Below, piece by piece: positions 1-10,227 of a stretch of DNA of 64,000 nt. Made by a program: the position numbers and the translations under genes. Numbering within the stretch: position 1 is the first letter of the stretch; every line of letters begins with the position of its first letter. The stretch spans positions 576,001 through 640,000 of the forward strand of contig CAVXVB010000005.1 in NCBI GenBank assembly GCA_963765205.1, in the 5' to 3' direction. The DNA comes from an uncultured Verrucomicrobiae bacterium (GTDB lineage Bacteria > Verrucomicrobiota > Verrucomicrobiia > Opitutales > JABDGR01). The notes under the pieces are model-generated. The model had not been told where the DNA came from. It worked only from the letters and a program-made list of their open reading frames with translations, and searched no databases.

Positions 1-114
1 CCGCTGGCCGACTTAGGCGGTTACAGGCCTGTTGTTATAGGTATATTATTACCAAAATTTGGAAACGACCTTCATTGATGTGGTGCATTATTTCCGGCCG
101 CTGTCTTTGATGCT

Positions 115-1821
115 TCACCCCGCGCTGGGCAGCCAGAAGCGGAAGGTTGCGCCGGCGCCGGCGGGGGTTTCGACGAGTTCGATGTCGCCGCGGTGGTCGC
201 GCAGGATGCGTTTGCAGATGGCGAGGCCGAGGCCGGTGCCGTCGTGGCGCGCCGTCAGGAAAGATTCGAATATTCTCGCGCGCAGCGCGGGCGGCACGCC
301 GGGGCCGCTGTCGCGCACCGTCACCACCGCGACGCGCACGTTTTCCTTCGTCTCCTCATGCAATTCAATCTCAAGCCGGCCGCCGTGGGGCATGGCGTGG
401 ACGGAGTTAAGCACGATGTTGAGCAGCACTTGCTGCAACTGGCCTTTGTGCGCATCCACCTTGAGCGGCCGCGCGGGCGGCTGGAATTGCACGGTGATTT
501 TGCTTTGTTCGAGCTTGAGGCGCAGCAGCCGCAGCGTTTCCTCGATGACCGCGCCGAGCGACCAGCGCGCCTGCAGCGCCGTCCCGGATTTGGAAAAGCC
601 CAGCACGCGCTCGACGATTTCGCCCAGGTGGCCGAGCTTTTCGCGGATGACGGCGAGGTCCTGCGCGCGCGCATCGCCTTCGGGAAAGCTCAGGTTGAGC
701 GTGTCGAGCAGCAGCGTGATGACGGTGAGGGGATTGCGGATTTCGTGCGCGATTTCGGCGGCGAGCAGGCCGAGGGTCGTCAGGCGCTCGTTCTTGCGCA
801 ACGATTCCTCGGAGGCGAACACCCGCGCATACAGCTCGGCGTTTTGCGCGGCGACGGCGCAGAGGTTGGCGAGTGTGGAAAAAATCCGGCGCTCATCATT
901 GTTGAAGCGGTGGTGCTTTGCGGTGTAAACATTGAGCGCGCCGATCACCTGGTCGCCGACGAGAATGGGCGTGACGAGTAGCGAAACCAGCCCGGCGCTG
1001 GCCACCAAGCGCGTGAAGTGGTGCTCCTCCGTGCGCGCGAGGTTGAGCACCTCGATCTGTTTTTTGCGGCGGATGGCCGAGCCGATCACGCTATCGCCCA
1101 GCGCGAGGTTTTCGACCAGGTCGGCCGGGTCGTTGTCCTGCCCGGCCAGCGCGGCCAGGCGCAGCGATTCGCCGTCGGGGTTGAGCAGCAGCACCGCGCA
1201 CAGACGGCAGGGCATGAGGCCCAGGGCCTGGCGCGTCGCGGTGTCGAGCACAGCCTGCAATTCGAGCTTCGACACCAGCGATTGACCGGTGGTGATGAGC
1301 GATTCAAGCTGGCGCGCCTTCACGCGCAACTGGCTGATGAGCCAGAGGCGCCCGACCACCTTCGTCGCCTCGCCGGTAAGCAGCGTGAGGATCTTCGCCT
1401 CATGGTCGCCAAAGGCGTTGACGGTGTCGCTGTTTACGTTGACCACGCCGACGACCAGGCCGTCCAGCAGCATGGGCACGGCCATTTCGGAGCGAACATT
1501 TTCGCTCAGCTTCAAGTAGCGGCCATCCGCGCGCACGTCGGGTACCAGCAGCGCGCGCCCGTGCAGCGCGACCCAGCCCGTGACGCCCTGGCCGAGGAGC
1601 AGCTCGATGCCTTTTGAATTTTCCGGCAGGCCGCGGAAGACCTCGATTTGCAACCGGCGGCTGTCGGGGTTGACGAGCGCGATGGACGCGCTCGAGGCTG
1701 GCAGCACGCGCATGACCTCATCGAGGATGAGGCGCAGGGCCTCGTGGGCATCCTCGGTGTCGCTGACCAGACGCGAGATGTGATACAGCGCGTCGAGCAC
1801 GGTCTGGGAATCGTCGGCCAC
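115..1821 (-). CDS. Cytoplasmic sensor histidine kinase with two GAF domains
   Basis: 568 aa ORF; GAF-like segments (GQGVTGWVA...VRSEMAVP; SLLVTPI...IGALNV), H-box EIAHEIRNPL, N-box QVLLNIVLNS, G boxes DSGPG and GTGLGL; no TM segment. Confidence 0.93.
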   Translation of the reverse strand: MADDSQTVLDALYHISRLVSDTEDAHEALRLILDEVMRVLPASSASIALVNPDSRRLQIEVFRGLPENSKGIELLLGQGVTGWVALHGRALLVPDVRADGRYLKLSENVRSEMAVPMLLDGLVVGVVNVNSDTVNAFGDHEAKILTLLTGEATKVVGRLWLISQLRVKARQLESLITTGQSLVSKLELQAVLDTATRQALGLMPCRLCAVLLLNPDGESLRLAALAGQDNDPADLVENLALGDSVIGSAIRRKKQIEVLNLARTEEHHFTRLVASAGLVSLLVTPILVGDQVIGALNVYTAKHHRFNNDERRIFSTLANLCAVAAQNAELYARVFASEESLRKNERLTTLGLLAAEIAHEIRNPLTVITLLLDTLNLSFPEGDARAQDLAVIREKLGHLGEIVERVLGFSKSGTALQARWSLGAVIEETLRLLRLKLEQSKITVQFQPPARPLKVDAHKGQLQQVLLNIVLNSVHAMPHGGRLEIELHEETKENVRVAVVTVRDSGPGVPPALRARIFESFLTARHDGTGLGLAICKRILRDHRGDIELVETPAGAGATFRFWLPSAG

Positions 1822-1936
1822 GGTGAAAGAGACTTTGGACGGAATTTACGGAATTAACAAAAGAAAAGAACAGACGGGGTGCGTTCCACCAGGTCGTTTG
1901 CCGCCCACCATATCCAGTCGTTTGCCATCCACGTTT

Positions 1937-2514
1937 CTATTTCAACACCGGCGGAACCCTGAGCGGCGCGGGGGCTTGCTCGATGGCGCGGGCGCAGCGC
2001 AGGTAGTGGCTGATGACCCAGATTTGCGAGAGGAGGGTTATCCCGCCGAGGCCGTAAACGCCGATCATTTTCGTCTGGTGCCAGTTGTGGAGGATATATG
2101 CATCCGTCAGCCTATGCGTGGTATCCATGGATTTGATCAACGGAAAGACGCGGTTCCACAACTCGGAGGTTTTGGAATAATCCACCAGGATTTGATCCGG
2201 CACCTGGTAAAGCAGGTAGAAACTCCACAACAGGGCCAGCGTGCCGCAGGCCTGGTTAAGCGCGAGCACCTTCGCCCACCGGGCCTGGCCGGTCTTGAGC
2301 AGTTGGCGCCGCCAAACCAGCTCGATACGCCGATGATGAAGCAAAGAATGCCAAAATTCAACAGCAACACCCGGAGCGGCCCCGCTTTCACACACCCCGC
2401 GCCCAGCGCGCCCAGGATGGTGAGGATGTAGCTCCAGCCCCAGCCGTTGGCGGTGCGCGCGGCTTTTTTAAGAGGATTGGGCGCGGGGCGGGCGCTGGCG
2501 GGATAGGCAGGCAT
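1937..2514 (-). CDS. Hypothetical membrane protein with apparent single-base frameshift near 2327
   Basis: ATG at 2514 (MPAYP...WSYILTILGALG...LCFIIG) continues into a second frame (IELVWRRQLLK...LALLWSFYLL...) ending at 1937; hydrophobic segments in both halves. Confidence 0.55.
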
Positions 2515-2765
2515 GATCAAAAAAACCAAAGGACGAGGCAGGGTAGGCGAAGGAACGCTGACTGGCAACCCCAGACCCATGCAATTCGTTTCCTCCCGTC
2601 CGCCCGCTGGGATTGGCGGGGTCCGTGGAAACATCTAAAATAAACGGTCGTTTGAATTCCGGACCGCAGATTTTAAGAAACCAGTTGCCCTTTTCACGGG
2701 TTTAAGAAGAATAGGCATCCGTCCCCCTGCTTGCGGCTGGCCTGGTAACTTTTCGCCGCCTCCCC

Positions 2766-4595
2766 ATGAACCCGCCGAAGCCGAATTTGCCCAAGGATTT
2801 TGAGAAACGCCGGGCGAATCTGCCCGCGCGGCCCCTCCCCCCGCCTCAGCCCGTTTCGCGCCCGCCGGATCAACCCACGAACTGGGGCCGCTGGGCGGTG
2901 TTCCTGGTTATTTTGGCCATCGTCGGCTGGTGGGTCGGCCGCGCGGTTTCTTTGCTCGGGCAGCCCGATGATTTGAAGATTTCCGGACTCGACAATTTGC
3001 CGACCAAATCGCGCGTGCTGGCCGTGCGGCCCGAACTGGGCGAGACGCCGGTCGTCGAAGCTTCCGATGCGGCCCCCGCCCCGGAGGTGGTTAACGATTC
3101 CGCCGCGCAGCTTGCCGACCAGGCCTTTGTCCCGGGGCCTTATGTGCCGGGTGAAGTGATTTTTCGCGCAGGCTCGTCGGAGCAACTGGCGGCGCTCGTC
3201 CAACGCGCCCAGGCGGCCGGGGGCACCCTGCTGGGCAGCATTCCCGAGGCTGATTCCGCGCGCATCGCCTTCCCCGACGCCGCCAGCATGGCCGGCTTTG
3301 TGCGCGACGGGAGCGGCGACGGCTCGCTGCTTGATCCGCAACTTAATTACACGGTCAGCCTGCCGGCGGCGCCCACGGCCGCCATTGATCCCTTCGCCCC
3401 CGGCTCCCTGCGGCCGTTTGGCGATTCGGTGATGCCCTACTTGGGGGTTCCGCGGGACAATGCCAACTGGGGCCAGGGTGTCGTCGTCGCCATGCTCGAC
3501 ACCGGCCTGGCCCCCGGCACGACATCAATATTGACCGGCACCGGCGGAGCCATTGCCCAATACGACATGACGGCCTCGCCGGACCCGCCGACGCTCGGCC
3601 ATGGCGACATGGTGGTTTCGCTGCTGGCCGGCGCCAATGGCGAACAAGGCATCGTGCCCGCCGCTTCCCTCATCAGCGTGCGCGTGCTCGGCGCCAATGA
3701 TGAAGGCAACGTCTACGGCGTCACAGACGGAATTTATACCGCCATCGCGCATGGCGCGCAGGTGCTCAACCTCAGCCTGGGCACCAATCAGACGAGTACC
3801 ATCCTCGAAGACGCAATCAATTACGCGCTATCCCAAAATGTGGTCGTGGTGGCGGCGGCAGGCAACGATGGCAATGGCCAGATCAGTTACCCGGCCGCCT
3901 ACCCCGGCGTGATCGCCGTGGGCGCGGTGGACGCGACGGGCCAGCGCGCCAGTTTTTCCGATTACGGGCCGGAGTTGGTCATCGCCGCGCCGGGTGTCGG
4001 GATCAACACGGTGACGACGGGCGGCATCATGTCCTTTTCCGGCACCTCGGCGGCGTCGCCGCTGGTGGCCGGGGCCATCGCCGGGCTGATGTCCACCAAC
4101 CCAAATCTGACGGGCCAGCAGGCGCAGGCCCTGCTCACGCATTATGCGGACTTTGCCGGCCCGGTCACCGCCTCCGGCACCAACGAGTTTTACGGCGCGG
4201 GAGAGATGGACGTGGGCCGCGTGCTCGACCGGGGCAATACCTCGCTCAGCGACGTGGCCGTGGCCGATTTGTATCTTAACGTGACTTCGATGCCCACGAC
4301 TCCGACTGCGCCGATGGAGGTTTCCATTCAAAATCGCGGGAACACGGTTTTGGGATCGGTTCTGGTCACGGTGGACGTTAATGGCGCGCAAACCACGCAG
4401 ACCTTCACCGGGCTGCAGCCGACGGAAGTGCGCGCGGTGGATGTGGATTTGCCGGTGCCGCAGTTGACCACCACGGGTGTGCAAGTGACGGCGCGGGCGG
4501 ACTCCGATCAGCCCGAGTATAAGCCCAACGACGCCGTCAAATCGCGCATCGTGCAGTTGGTGCCGGCGTCCGGCACTACCTCCCTCAGTAATTAA
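2766..4595 (+). CDS. Membrane-anchored S8 (subtilisin-family) serine protease with C-terminal Ig/CARDB-like domain
   Basis: N-terminal TM (WAVFLVILAIVGWW); catalytic motifs MLDTG, GHGDMV, AAAGN, SGTSAASP. Confidence 0.92.
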   Translation: MNPPKPNLPKDFEKRRANLPARPLPPPQPVSRPPDQPTNWGRWAVFLVILAIVGWWVGRAVSLLGQPDDLKISGLDNLPTKSRVLAVRPELGETPVVEASDAAPAPEVVNDSAAQLADQAFVPGPYVPGEVIFRAGSSEQLAALVQRAQAAGGTLLGSIPEADSARIAFPDAASMAGFVRDGSGDGSLLDPQLNYTVSLPAAPTAAIDPFAPGSLRPFGDSVMPYLGVPRDNANWGQGVVVAMLDTGLAPGTTSILTGTGGAIAQYDMTASPDPPTLGHGDMVVSLLAGANGEQGIVPAASLISVRVLGANDEGNVYGVTDGIYTAIAHGAQVLNLSLGTNQTSTILEDAINYALSQNVVVVAAAGNDGNGQISYPAAYPGVIAVGAVDATGQRASFSDYGPELVIAAPGVGINTVTTGGIMSFSGTSAASPLVAGAIAGLMSTNPNLTGQQAQALLTHYADFAGPVTASGTNEFYGAGEMDVGRVLDRGNTSLSDVAVADLYLNVTSMPTTPTAPMEVSIQNRGNTVLGSVLVTVDVNGAQTTQTFTGLQPTEVRAVDVDLPVPQLTTTGVQVTARADSDQPEYKPNDAVKSRIVQLVPASGTTSLSN

Positions 4596-4710
4596 TCCGG
4601 GTGCGGGCGGGTGGGGTGTTGGGCGTGGCTGGCGTTGGAGTGCGCCCTTGAATCTAAAAACCGGACATTTGTACAGATTGGGTTATCATGCTCCGGTGCT
4701 GAGGCATTAT

Positions 4711-4764
4711 GGTCAGGACGCCGCTCCGTGGCGTCCGCTGTCGGCTCGGAGCGCCGTCCCAACC
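4711..4764. repeat. REP-doublet (REPIN-like) inverted palindrome
   Basis: GGTCAGGACGCC-gctccgt-GGCGTCC followed by an inverted related copy (reverse complement GGTTGGGACGGCGCTCCGAGCCGAC). Confidence 0.6.
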
Positions 4765-4893
4765 CGCATTACCCTATTTCAAATGCTTCACTGCCGACCG
4801 AGCATATAAGTTTACAGTGTGTCGCGAATCCTTTATGATTGGTGGTTCCCTTTCCTGCTTTCCGACCTGTCCGTCCACCATCTTCCCTCGCCC

Positions 4894-5826
4894 ATGCTCG
4901 CGTTTCTGAAAAAATTCACCGAAGGACTCAAGCGCACGACGCCGACGTTCCACGCCGCGTTCGGCAAAATCGGCGGGCTGTTCACGCGCACGCTCGACGC
5001 CGGGAGCATCGAGCAGATCGAAGCCGCCCTCTACGGCGCGGACTTGGGCGTCGAAACCGCGCACGAGGTGCTGGCCGAGATCAAAGCCGCCTGGAAAAAG
5101 GACCCCGCCCTGCGCGGGCAGGACGCCGCCCAACTCGGCGCCGCCGTGCTCCAGCGCGTGCTTGCGGGCGCGGAGCAGCCGCCCAAGCTCTCGCCCGCCG
5201 CCGGGAAGCCGGAAGTCATCTGCCTCGTCGGCGTCAATGGCTCCGGCAAGACCACGACCGCGGCCAAACTCGCGTGGCATTACCAAAAGGAAAAACACCG
5301 CGTCGTGCTGGGCGCGTGCGACACTTTTCGCGCGGCGGCCAACGAGCAACTGCGCGTCTGGGCCGGGCGCCTCGGCGTCGAGATTATCGCCAGCCAGCCG
5401 GGCGCCGATTCCGCCTCCGTGGCCTTCGACGCCTGGCAGGCCGCCGCCAAACGCGGGCAGGACCTGGTCATCCTCGACACGGCGGGCCGCCTGCACACCA
5501 AGCACAACTTGATGGAGGAGCTGAAAAAAATCCGGCGCGTCCTGCAAAAGCACGACCCCGCCGCGCCGCGCCACCGCTGGCTGGTGCTCGACGGCTCACT
5601 CGGCTCGAATTCCATCGAGCAGGCGCGGGTCTTCCATCAGGCGTTCGACCTGACCGGCCTTGTCATCACCAAGCTCGACGGTACCAGCCGCGGCGGCGCG
5701 CTGGTCGGCATCTATCGCGAGCTAAAACTGCCGATTCATTTCGTCGGCCTCGGCGAGCAACCCGACGACCTGCAGCCTTTCTCCGCCGCCAATTTCGCCG
5801 ACGCGCTGTTCGGGGTGGAGGAGTAA
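4894..5826 (+). CDS. ftsY: Signal recognition particle receptor FtsY
   Basis: GVNGSGKTTT, DTFRAAA, DTAGR, TKLDGTSRGG motifs; no acidic N-terminal domain. Confidence 0.97.
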   Translation: MLAFLKKFTEGLKRTTPTFHAAFGKIGGLFTRTLDAGSIEQIEAALYGADLGVETAHEVLAEIKAAWKKDPALRGQDAAQLGAAVLQRVLAGAEQPPKLSPAAGKPEVICLVGVNGSGKTTTAAKLAWHYQKEKHRVVLGACDTFRAAANEQLRVWAGRLGVEIIASQPGADSASVAFDAWQAAAKRGQDLVILDTAGRLHTKHNLMEELKKIRRVLQKHDPAAPRHRWLVLDGSLGSNSIEQARVFHQAFDLTGLVITKLDGTSRGGALVGIYRELKLPIHFVGLGEQPDDLQPFSAANFADALFGVEE

Positions 5827-5831
5827 GTATT

Positions 5832-6305
5832 TCACCGCGCCAAATCATTCTGGGTCAGGATGGTGATTTGGTTGCGTTGGAGCACTTCGGCGGCGAGGTC
5901 GGCGTCTTCGAGGCGCAGCACGAGGCCGGTCTTGCCGTGCGGGCGCATGAGGAAGGGGTAGATGTAATGGATGTTGATCTCGGCCTGCACGAGCGCGGTG
6001 GTGACGTGCTGGAGGCGCGCCTCGGTGTCAATTTCGATGGCCAGCACCTCAGCGAGGCTGTGCGAGAAACCGTGCCCGGAGAGCAGCGGCGCGGCCGTCT
6101 CGGGATAGTCCACGACCAGGCGGATGATGGTGCTGTCAGTGGTGTCCACCAGGCATAGGGCGAGAACATGCACGTCCTTGCTGGCGAGCAGCTTGACGAC
6201 ATCGTGCAAACGCCCGACCTTGTTCTCGGCGAAGACCGAGAACTGTTTGACGACGCCGCTGGAGCCGCCTTTGCGCGTCAGGGGTTTGGTCAGGGTCGGA
6301 GCCAT
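5832..6305 (-). CDS. ACT-domain protein (tandem ACT)
   Basis: KQFSVFAENKVGRL...IIRLVVD...AEINIHYIYPF pattern typical of small tandem ACT proteins. Confidence 0.85.
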   Translation of the reverse strand: MAPTLTKPLTRKGGSSGVVKQFSVFAENKVGRLHDVVKLLASKDVHVLALCLVDTTDSTIIRLVVDYPETAAPLLSGHGFSHSLAEVLAIEIDTEARLQHVTTALVQAEINIHYIYPFLMRPHGKTGLVLRLEDADLAAEVLQRNQITILTQNDLAR

Positions 6306-6479
6306 GCGGGAGCGGAAGTGGCCGGCGCACGGGCCGTGCGGCGGGCCGGCCAAAGCCGGGCTTGTTCCTTGAGCCTAGCCGATATATCTGCGTTTGGCAC
6401 GCTGAATCTCAGGGCGGGACGCGGGCGTTTGCGGTTGCCACCGGCCGGTTGGTTCGGGCATAAGGATCAGCTTGCCCCC

Positions 6480-7496
6480 ATGCCACACTTTGCTGAAGTC
6501 AAACGCTACGAAAAAATTCCCTATACCCGCTGCGGGCGCAGCGGTCTTAAGCTGCCTCGCATCTCGCTGGGGCTGTGGCATAATTTTGGCGACCAGGACG
6601 ACCGGAGTTGGGCGCGCGAACTGGTGCTGGGCGCGTTCGACCGCGGCATCACCCACTTCGACCTGGCCAACAACTACGGCCCCCCCCCGGGGTCAGCGGA
6701 AATCAATTTCGGGAAGATCCTGCGCCAGGATCTTGCCGCCTACCGCGACGAATTGGTCATCTCGACCAAGGCCGGCTACACCATGTGGGGAGGGCCATAT
6801 GGCGACTGGGGCTCGCGCAAATACATGCTGGCGAGCCTGGATCAGAGCCTGCGCCGGCTGCAGCTTGAGCATGTGGATGTTTTTTACTCCCACCGGCCCG
6901 ACCCGGAGACGCCCATTGAGGAAACCATGGGCGCGTTGGCCCACGCCGTTCGCACCGGCAAGGCGCTTTACGTCGGTTTGTCGAATTACGGGCCGGAGCA
7001 GACAGCGGCGGCGGCGAAGCTCCTGCGTCAGATGGGCGCGCCCTGCTTGATCCACCAGCCGCGTTATAACATGATTGACCGCAAGCCGGAGCAGGGGCTG
7101 TTCTCGGTGCTCGAACGCGAAGGCATCGGCTGCCTCCCCTTCAGTCCGCTGGCGCAGGGGATTTTGAGCGACCGATATCTCGAAGGCCTGCCCGCCGGCT
7201 CGCGCGCCACGCGCAACCTGTTCCTCAAGACGGAGACGGTCGAGCGCCACCGCCCGATGGCGCAAAAGCTCGCGGCCATCGCCCAGGCGCGGGGGCAGAC
7301 GTTGGCGCAAATGGCGCTGGTTTGGGTGCTGCGGCAACCCGCCGTCACCAGCGTGCTGCCCGGCGCCAGTTCGTTGAAGCAAATCGAAAGCAACCTCGCC
7401 GCTTTGCAAAAAACGGAATTTTCTCCGGCGGAACTCGCGGCCATTGATGACGCCCTGGCAGGCGTGGATGCGGCGAAGGCCGGCCAGCCGATTTGA
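6480..7496 (+). CDS. gpr: Aldo/keto reductase, L-glyceraldehyde 3-phosphate reductase (Gpr/YghZ)-like
   Basis: SGLKLPRISLGLWHNFG, FDLANNYGPPPGSAE, STKAGY, GSRKY, FYSHRPDPETP. Confidence 0.9.
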   Translation: MPHFAEVKRYEKIPYTRCGRSGLKLPRISLGLWHNFGDQDDRSWARELVLGAFDRGITHFDLANNYGPPPGSAEINFGKILRQDLAAYRDELVISTKAGYTMWGGPYGDWGSRKYMLASLDQSLRRLQLEHVDVFYSHRPDPETPIEETMGALAHAVRTGKALYVGLSNYGPEQTAAAAKLLRQMGAPCLIHQPRYNMIDRKPEQGLFSVLEREGIGCLPFSPLAQGILSDRYLEGLPAGSRATRNLFLKTETVERHRPMAQKLAAIAQARGQTLAQMALVWVLRQPAVTSVLPGASSLKQIESNLAALQKTEFSPAELAAIDDALAGVDAAKAGQPI

Positions 7497-7505
7497 GCAG
7501 ACCCA

Positions 7506-7898
7506 TTAATACTTCGACATGTCCTCGATCTGAATGAGACCCTTGTCCTTGATTACCACCTGCAGGTGGAATCGTTGGCCGGAATTGAAATCGCCCTCGA
7601 CGCCATCCGGCAAAAAGACGGCCAGACGCCCGCCGGCGGCGTCCAGGGTCTTCACCACCAGCATCCGGCCAAAACCATCGTCCACCCGCAATTGCGACTC
7701 GATTTGCGCGTCGAGGTTGTAGTGATTGCCCTGTAATTCATTCGGCGAATTGCGATAGACTTCCACGCTGAACGCGGGCAACGAATGACGCAGATGATTG
7801 CGCACCACCATGAACACCCCCGCCGTGACGATCACCAGCAGCGGAATCAGGAACGCTACAAAGACCGGGTTGATTTTTCCTGTCCGGCGGCGTTTCAT
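7506..7898 (-). CDS. Hypothetical membrane-anchored protein (possible OB-fold)
   Basis: 130 aa; basic N-terminus plus one TM; beta-rich C-terminus. Confidence 0.7.
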   Translation of the reverse strand: MKRRRTGKINPVFVAFLIPLLVIVTAGVFMVVRNHLRHSLPAFSVEVYRNSPNELQGNHYNLDAQIESQLRVDDGFGRMLVVKTLDAAGGRLAVFLPDGVEGDFNSGQRFHLQVVIKDKGLIQIEDMSKY

Positions 7899-8099
7899 GG
7901 GGATAAGGGGTGGGAACCAACGCTTCCATGATGCAGGCTGGGGCCGTGGGCTGCAACTGCAAAAGCAACCCCGGCCAGGGGCCGGGATTGCGCACCGGCG
8001 CCAAGCCGACTTGATTCCCGAAAACGCACCGTCTTTTCGCTATTGATTCCGCGTGTGATAAGAATCTATCATCGTAACATTGGTTTTCTTCTCGTTGAT

Positions 8100-10094
8100 A
8101 TGCATATCGGCCGGCCAATCAAAAACACCTCGCTGGCGGTCGTGTTTGCCACGCTGGCCCTGGTGCAATCGCTCGGCGGCGCCAATGCCGCGTCTCCGCC
8201 GCCCGCCAATGCGACCGCCCCGCGCCCGACGGATCACTGGGGCCTCGTCAACACCGGTGCGGCCACCAAGCTGGAGCAGGTCATTTGGTCGGGCAAGGAA
8301 TTTGTGGCAGTGGGTGGAACCACCATCGTCAGTTCACGGGACGGTTTGGACTGGAAGACAACCACGCCTGCGGGTTTGAAAAAAGCGCTGTGGAGCGTCG
8401 CGACCAACAACAAAATTTTTGTCGCCGTGGGCGACGGCGGGACCATTGTGACTTCGCCGGATTTGAAGAGCTGGACGATGCGCTCCACGGATGAAACCCA
8501 AAAATATTCGAGCGTTTTTTGGCTCGGCGACAAATTTCTCGCCGTCGGCGACACCGGCGTGAATGCGTCTTCGTCCGACGGTGCAACTTGGACGATGGGC
8601 GCGCCCTTCGGCAATTTTTATTTCACGCATGGAACGAGGAATGGAGACACGATCATGACCGGCGCCATCAATGCCCTGATTCAGTCGAATGATGGGGGTG
8701 CGACGTTTGCCAAGTCCATGGCCAACACCGGGCACATGGCGGATGTGGCCTGGGGCAACGATCTTTTTATCGCGGTGGGCGACGGCAAGAATGGCATACT
8801 GACCTCAGCTGATGGCAGCAAGTGGACCAGGCGCAATCCAGGAGTGAAGTCTGGATTGCACGGAGTGTGCTGGACCGGACAGGAATTTGTGGCAGTTGGC
8901 GACCACGGCGTCATTTTAACGTCAGCGGATGGCAATGATTGGATGCCCAGCGACACCGGCGGCAGTGCCGCGAATCTGGAGAGTGTGACAGGGAACGGAT
9001 CCGTATTTGTGGCCGTCAGTGACACCGGCGCCATCTTGAGCACCAATTTTAAATCCCTGGTGCCCAAGCCCGGGGCTTTTGCCACGCCGGCCAAAGGCAC
9101 CCCGTCGGTGGCGCCGGCGAGTGCAACGGGGGGGCCATTGCCGGAGGACACCATCAAGTCGCTGGTGATTATCACCGGCGACATCTCCACGGGCACCGGC
9201 TTTATTGCGAAAATAAAAACGAAATTTTTCATTGTGACCAACCAGCATGTCCTGTCCGGCAACAAAAAAATCACGATCACGGGCATGGACGGCGCCAAAT
9301 ATCCCACCACGGGCGCCCTTTACGGCGCAACGGAATACGATGTCGCGATTTTGGAAATTCCCGAAAATCTGGCCAAAAACCACCTGGAGCTCATGGATGA
9401 CCCGCAGAGCAACGCCAGCGTGGGCGACTCGGTCACCGTGCCGGGCAATTCCCTCGGGGCGAGTGTGCCGCTGCAAATCAATGGGAAACTGCTGGGCATC
9501 GGCCCCGCACTGGTGGAAGTGGACGCCAAATTTGTGCCGGGTAACAGCGGCAGCCCCATCATAGACCGCGCCTCGGGGCTGGTGATCGGCATTGCCACCC
9601 TAGCCATCACATATAATCAGGACACCATCACAAAATTCGACCTCACCTCAAACACCCGCTGGTTCGGTTACCGGCTGGATAATATTGACCCGGCCACCGG
9701 CTGGCAAAAGCTGGACTGGGCGCGGTTCAGCGCCGAAGGCGTCAAACTGGAGGCCATTACAATCCTGTCCAATACCATGATTGCCATATTAACCAACAAA
9801 ACTCCGCCGCAGGCGGACGATGTGCATGTCCGGAATGCGGTGGAAGCATTAAAGTCGGATGTTGCCCTGGCCGACCAGCAGAACAGCAAACAGGCTTTTA
9901 TCGAAGCCTACAAAGACTTCCATCTTAAACTGCACAATATCGCGACTGCCGACCTGCATGACCTGGCCAGCCAGCCCTTGTATCCCTACCATGCGAAAGT
10001 CCTTAAACAGCTCCAGGATTTGCAAACCGCCTTGGATGCGGCGTATGCCGAAGTTAGCGTGAAAATTGACGCCTTGTCGATCAGCCAGCACTAA
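8100..10094 (+). CDS. Secreted beta-propeller repeat protein fused to a trypsin-like (S1/HtrA-like) serine protease
   Basis: Signal peptide; repeated FVAVGDxGxIxTSxDGxxW units; triad motifs TNQHV, YDVAIL, PGNSGSP. Confidence 0.88.
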   Translation: MHIGRPIKNTSLAVVFATLALVQSLGGANAASPPPANATAPRPTDHWGLVNTGAATKLEQVIWSGKEFVAVGGTTIVSSRDGLDWKTTTPAGLKKALWSVATNNKIFVAVGDGGTIVTSPDLKSWTMRSTDETQKYSSVFWLGDKFLAVGDTGVNASSSDGATWTMGAPFGNFYFTHGTRNGDTIMTGAINALIQSNDGGATFAKSMANTGHMADVAWGNDLFIAVGDGKNGILTSADGSKWTRRNPGVKSGLHGVCWTGQEFVAVGDHGVILTSADGNDWMPSDTGGSAANLESVTGNGSVFVAVSDTGAILSTNFKSLVPKPGAFATPAKGTPSVAPASATGGPLPEDTIKSLVIITGDISTGTGFIAKIKTKFFIVTNQHVLSGNKKITITGMDGAKYPTTGALYGATEYDVAILEIPENLAKNHLELMDDPQSNASVGDSVTVPGNSLGASVPLQINGKLLGIGPALVEVDAKFVPGNSGSPIIDRASGLVIGIATLAITYNQDTITKFDLTSNTRWFGYRLDNIDPATGWQKLDWARFSAEGVKLEAITILSNTMIAILTNKTPPQADDVHVRNAVEALKSDVALADQQNSKQAFIEAYKDFHLKLHNIATADLHDLASQPLYPYHAKVLKQLQDLQTALDAAYAEVSVKIDALSISQH

Positions 10095-10170
10095 TGGCGG
10101 TGGCGCGACACCTGCTGGATGTCGCCAGCTTTGGTTGAATCGAGGCAAATACAGTTCATTGACGGGGGCG

Positions 10171-10205
10171 AAAAAAAACAGGCCGCCCGTTTGGGCGGCC
10201 TGTTT
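10171..10205. terminator. Intrinsic terminator between convergent genes, probably bidirectional
   Basis: Perfect stem AAACAGGCCGCCC-GTTT-GGGCGGCCTGTTT with an 8-A tract on the left. Confidence 0.85.
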
Positions 10206-10227
10206 CCTGTCAAGACGCGGAAAACGA

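Noticed and set aside
4600..4890. Possible SRP RNA next to ftsY
   Set aside because: No helix-8 CAGG..GGAA..AGCAG motif; the hairpin here fits a REP doublet better
6405..6450. TCTCAGGGCGGG...CCACCGGC resembles the start of an FMN riboswitch
   Set aside because: Lacks the GTGAAATTCC core and downstream conserved blocks, and precedes an aldo/keto reductase; no FMN switch is seen before ribB either
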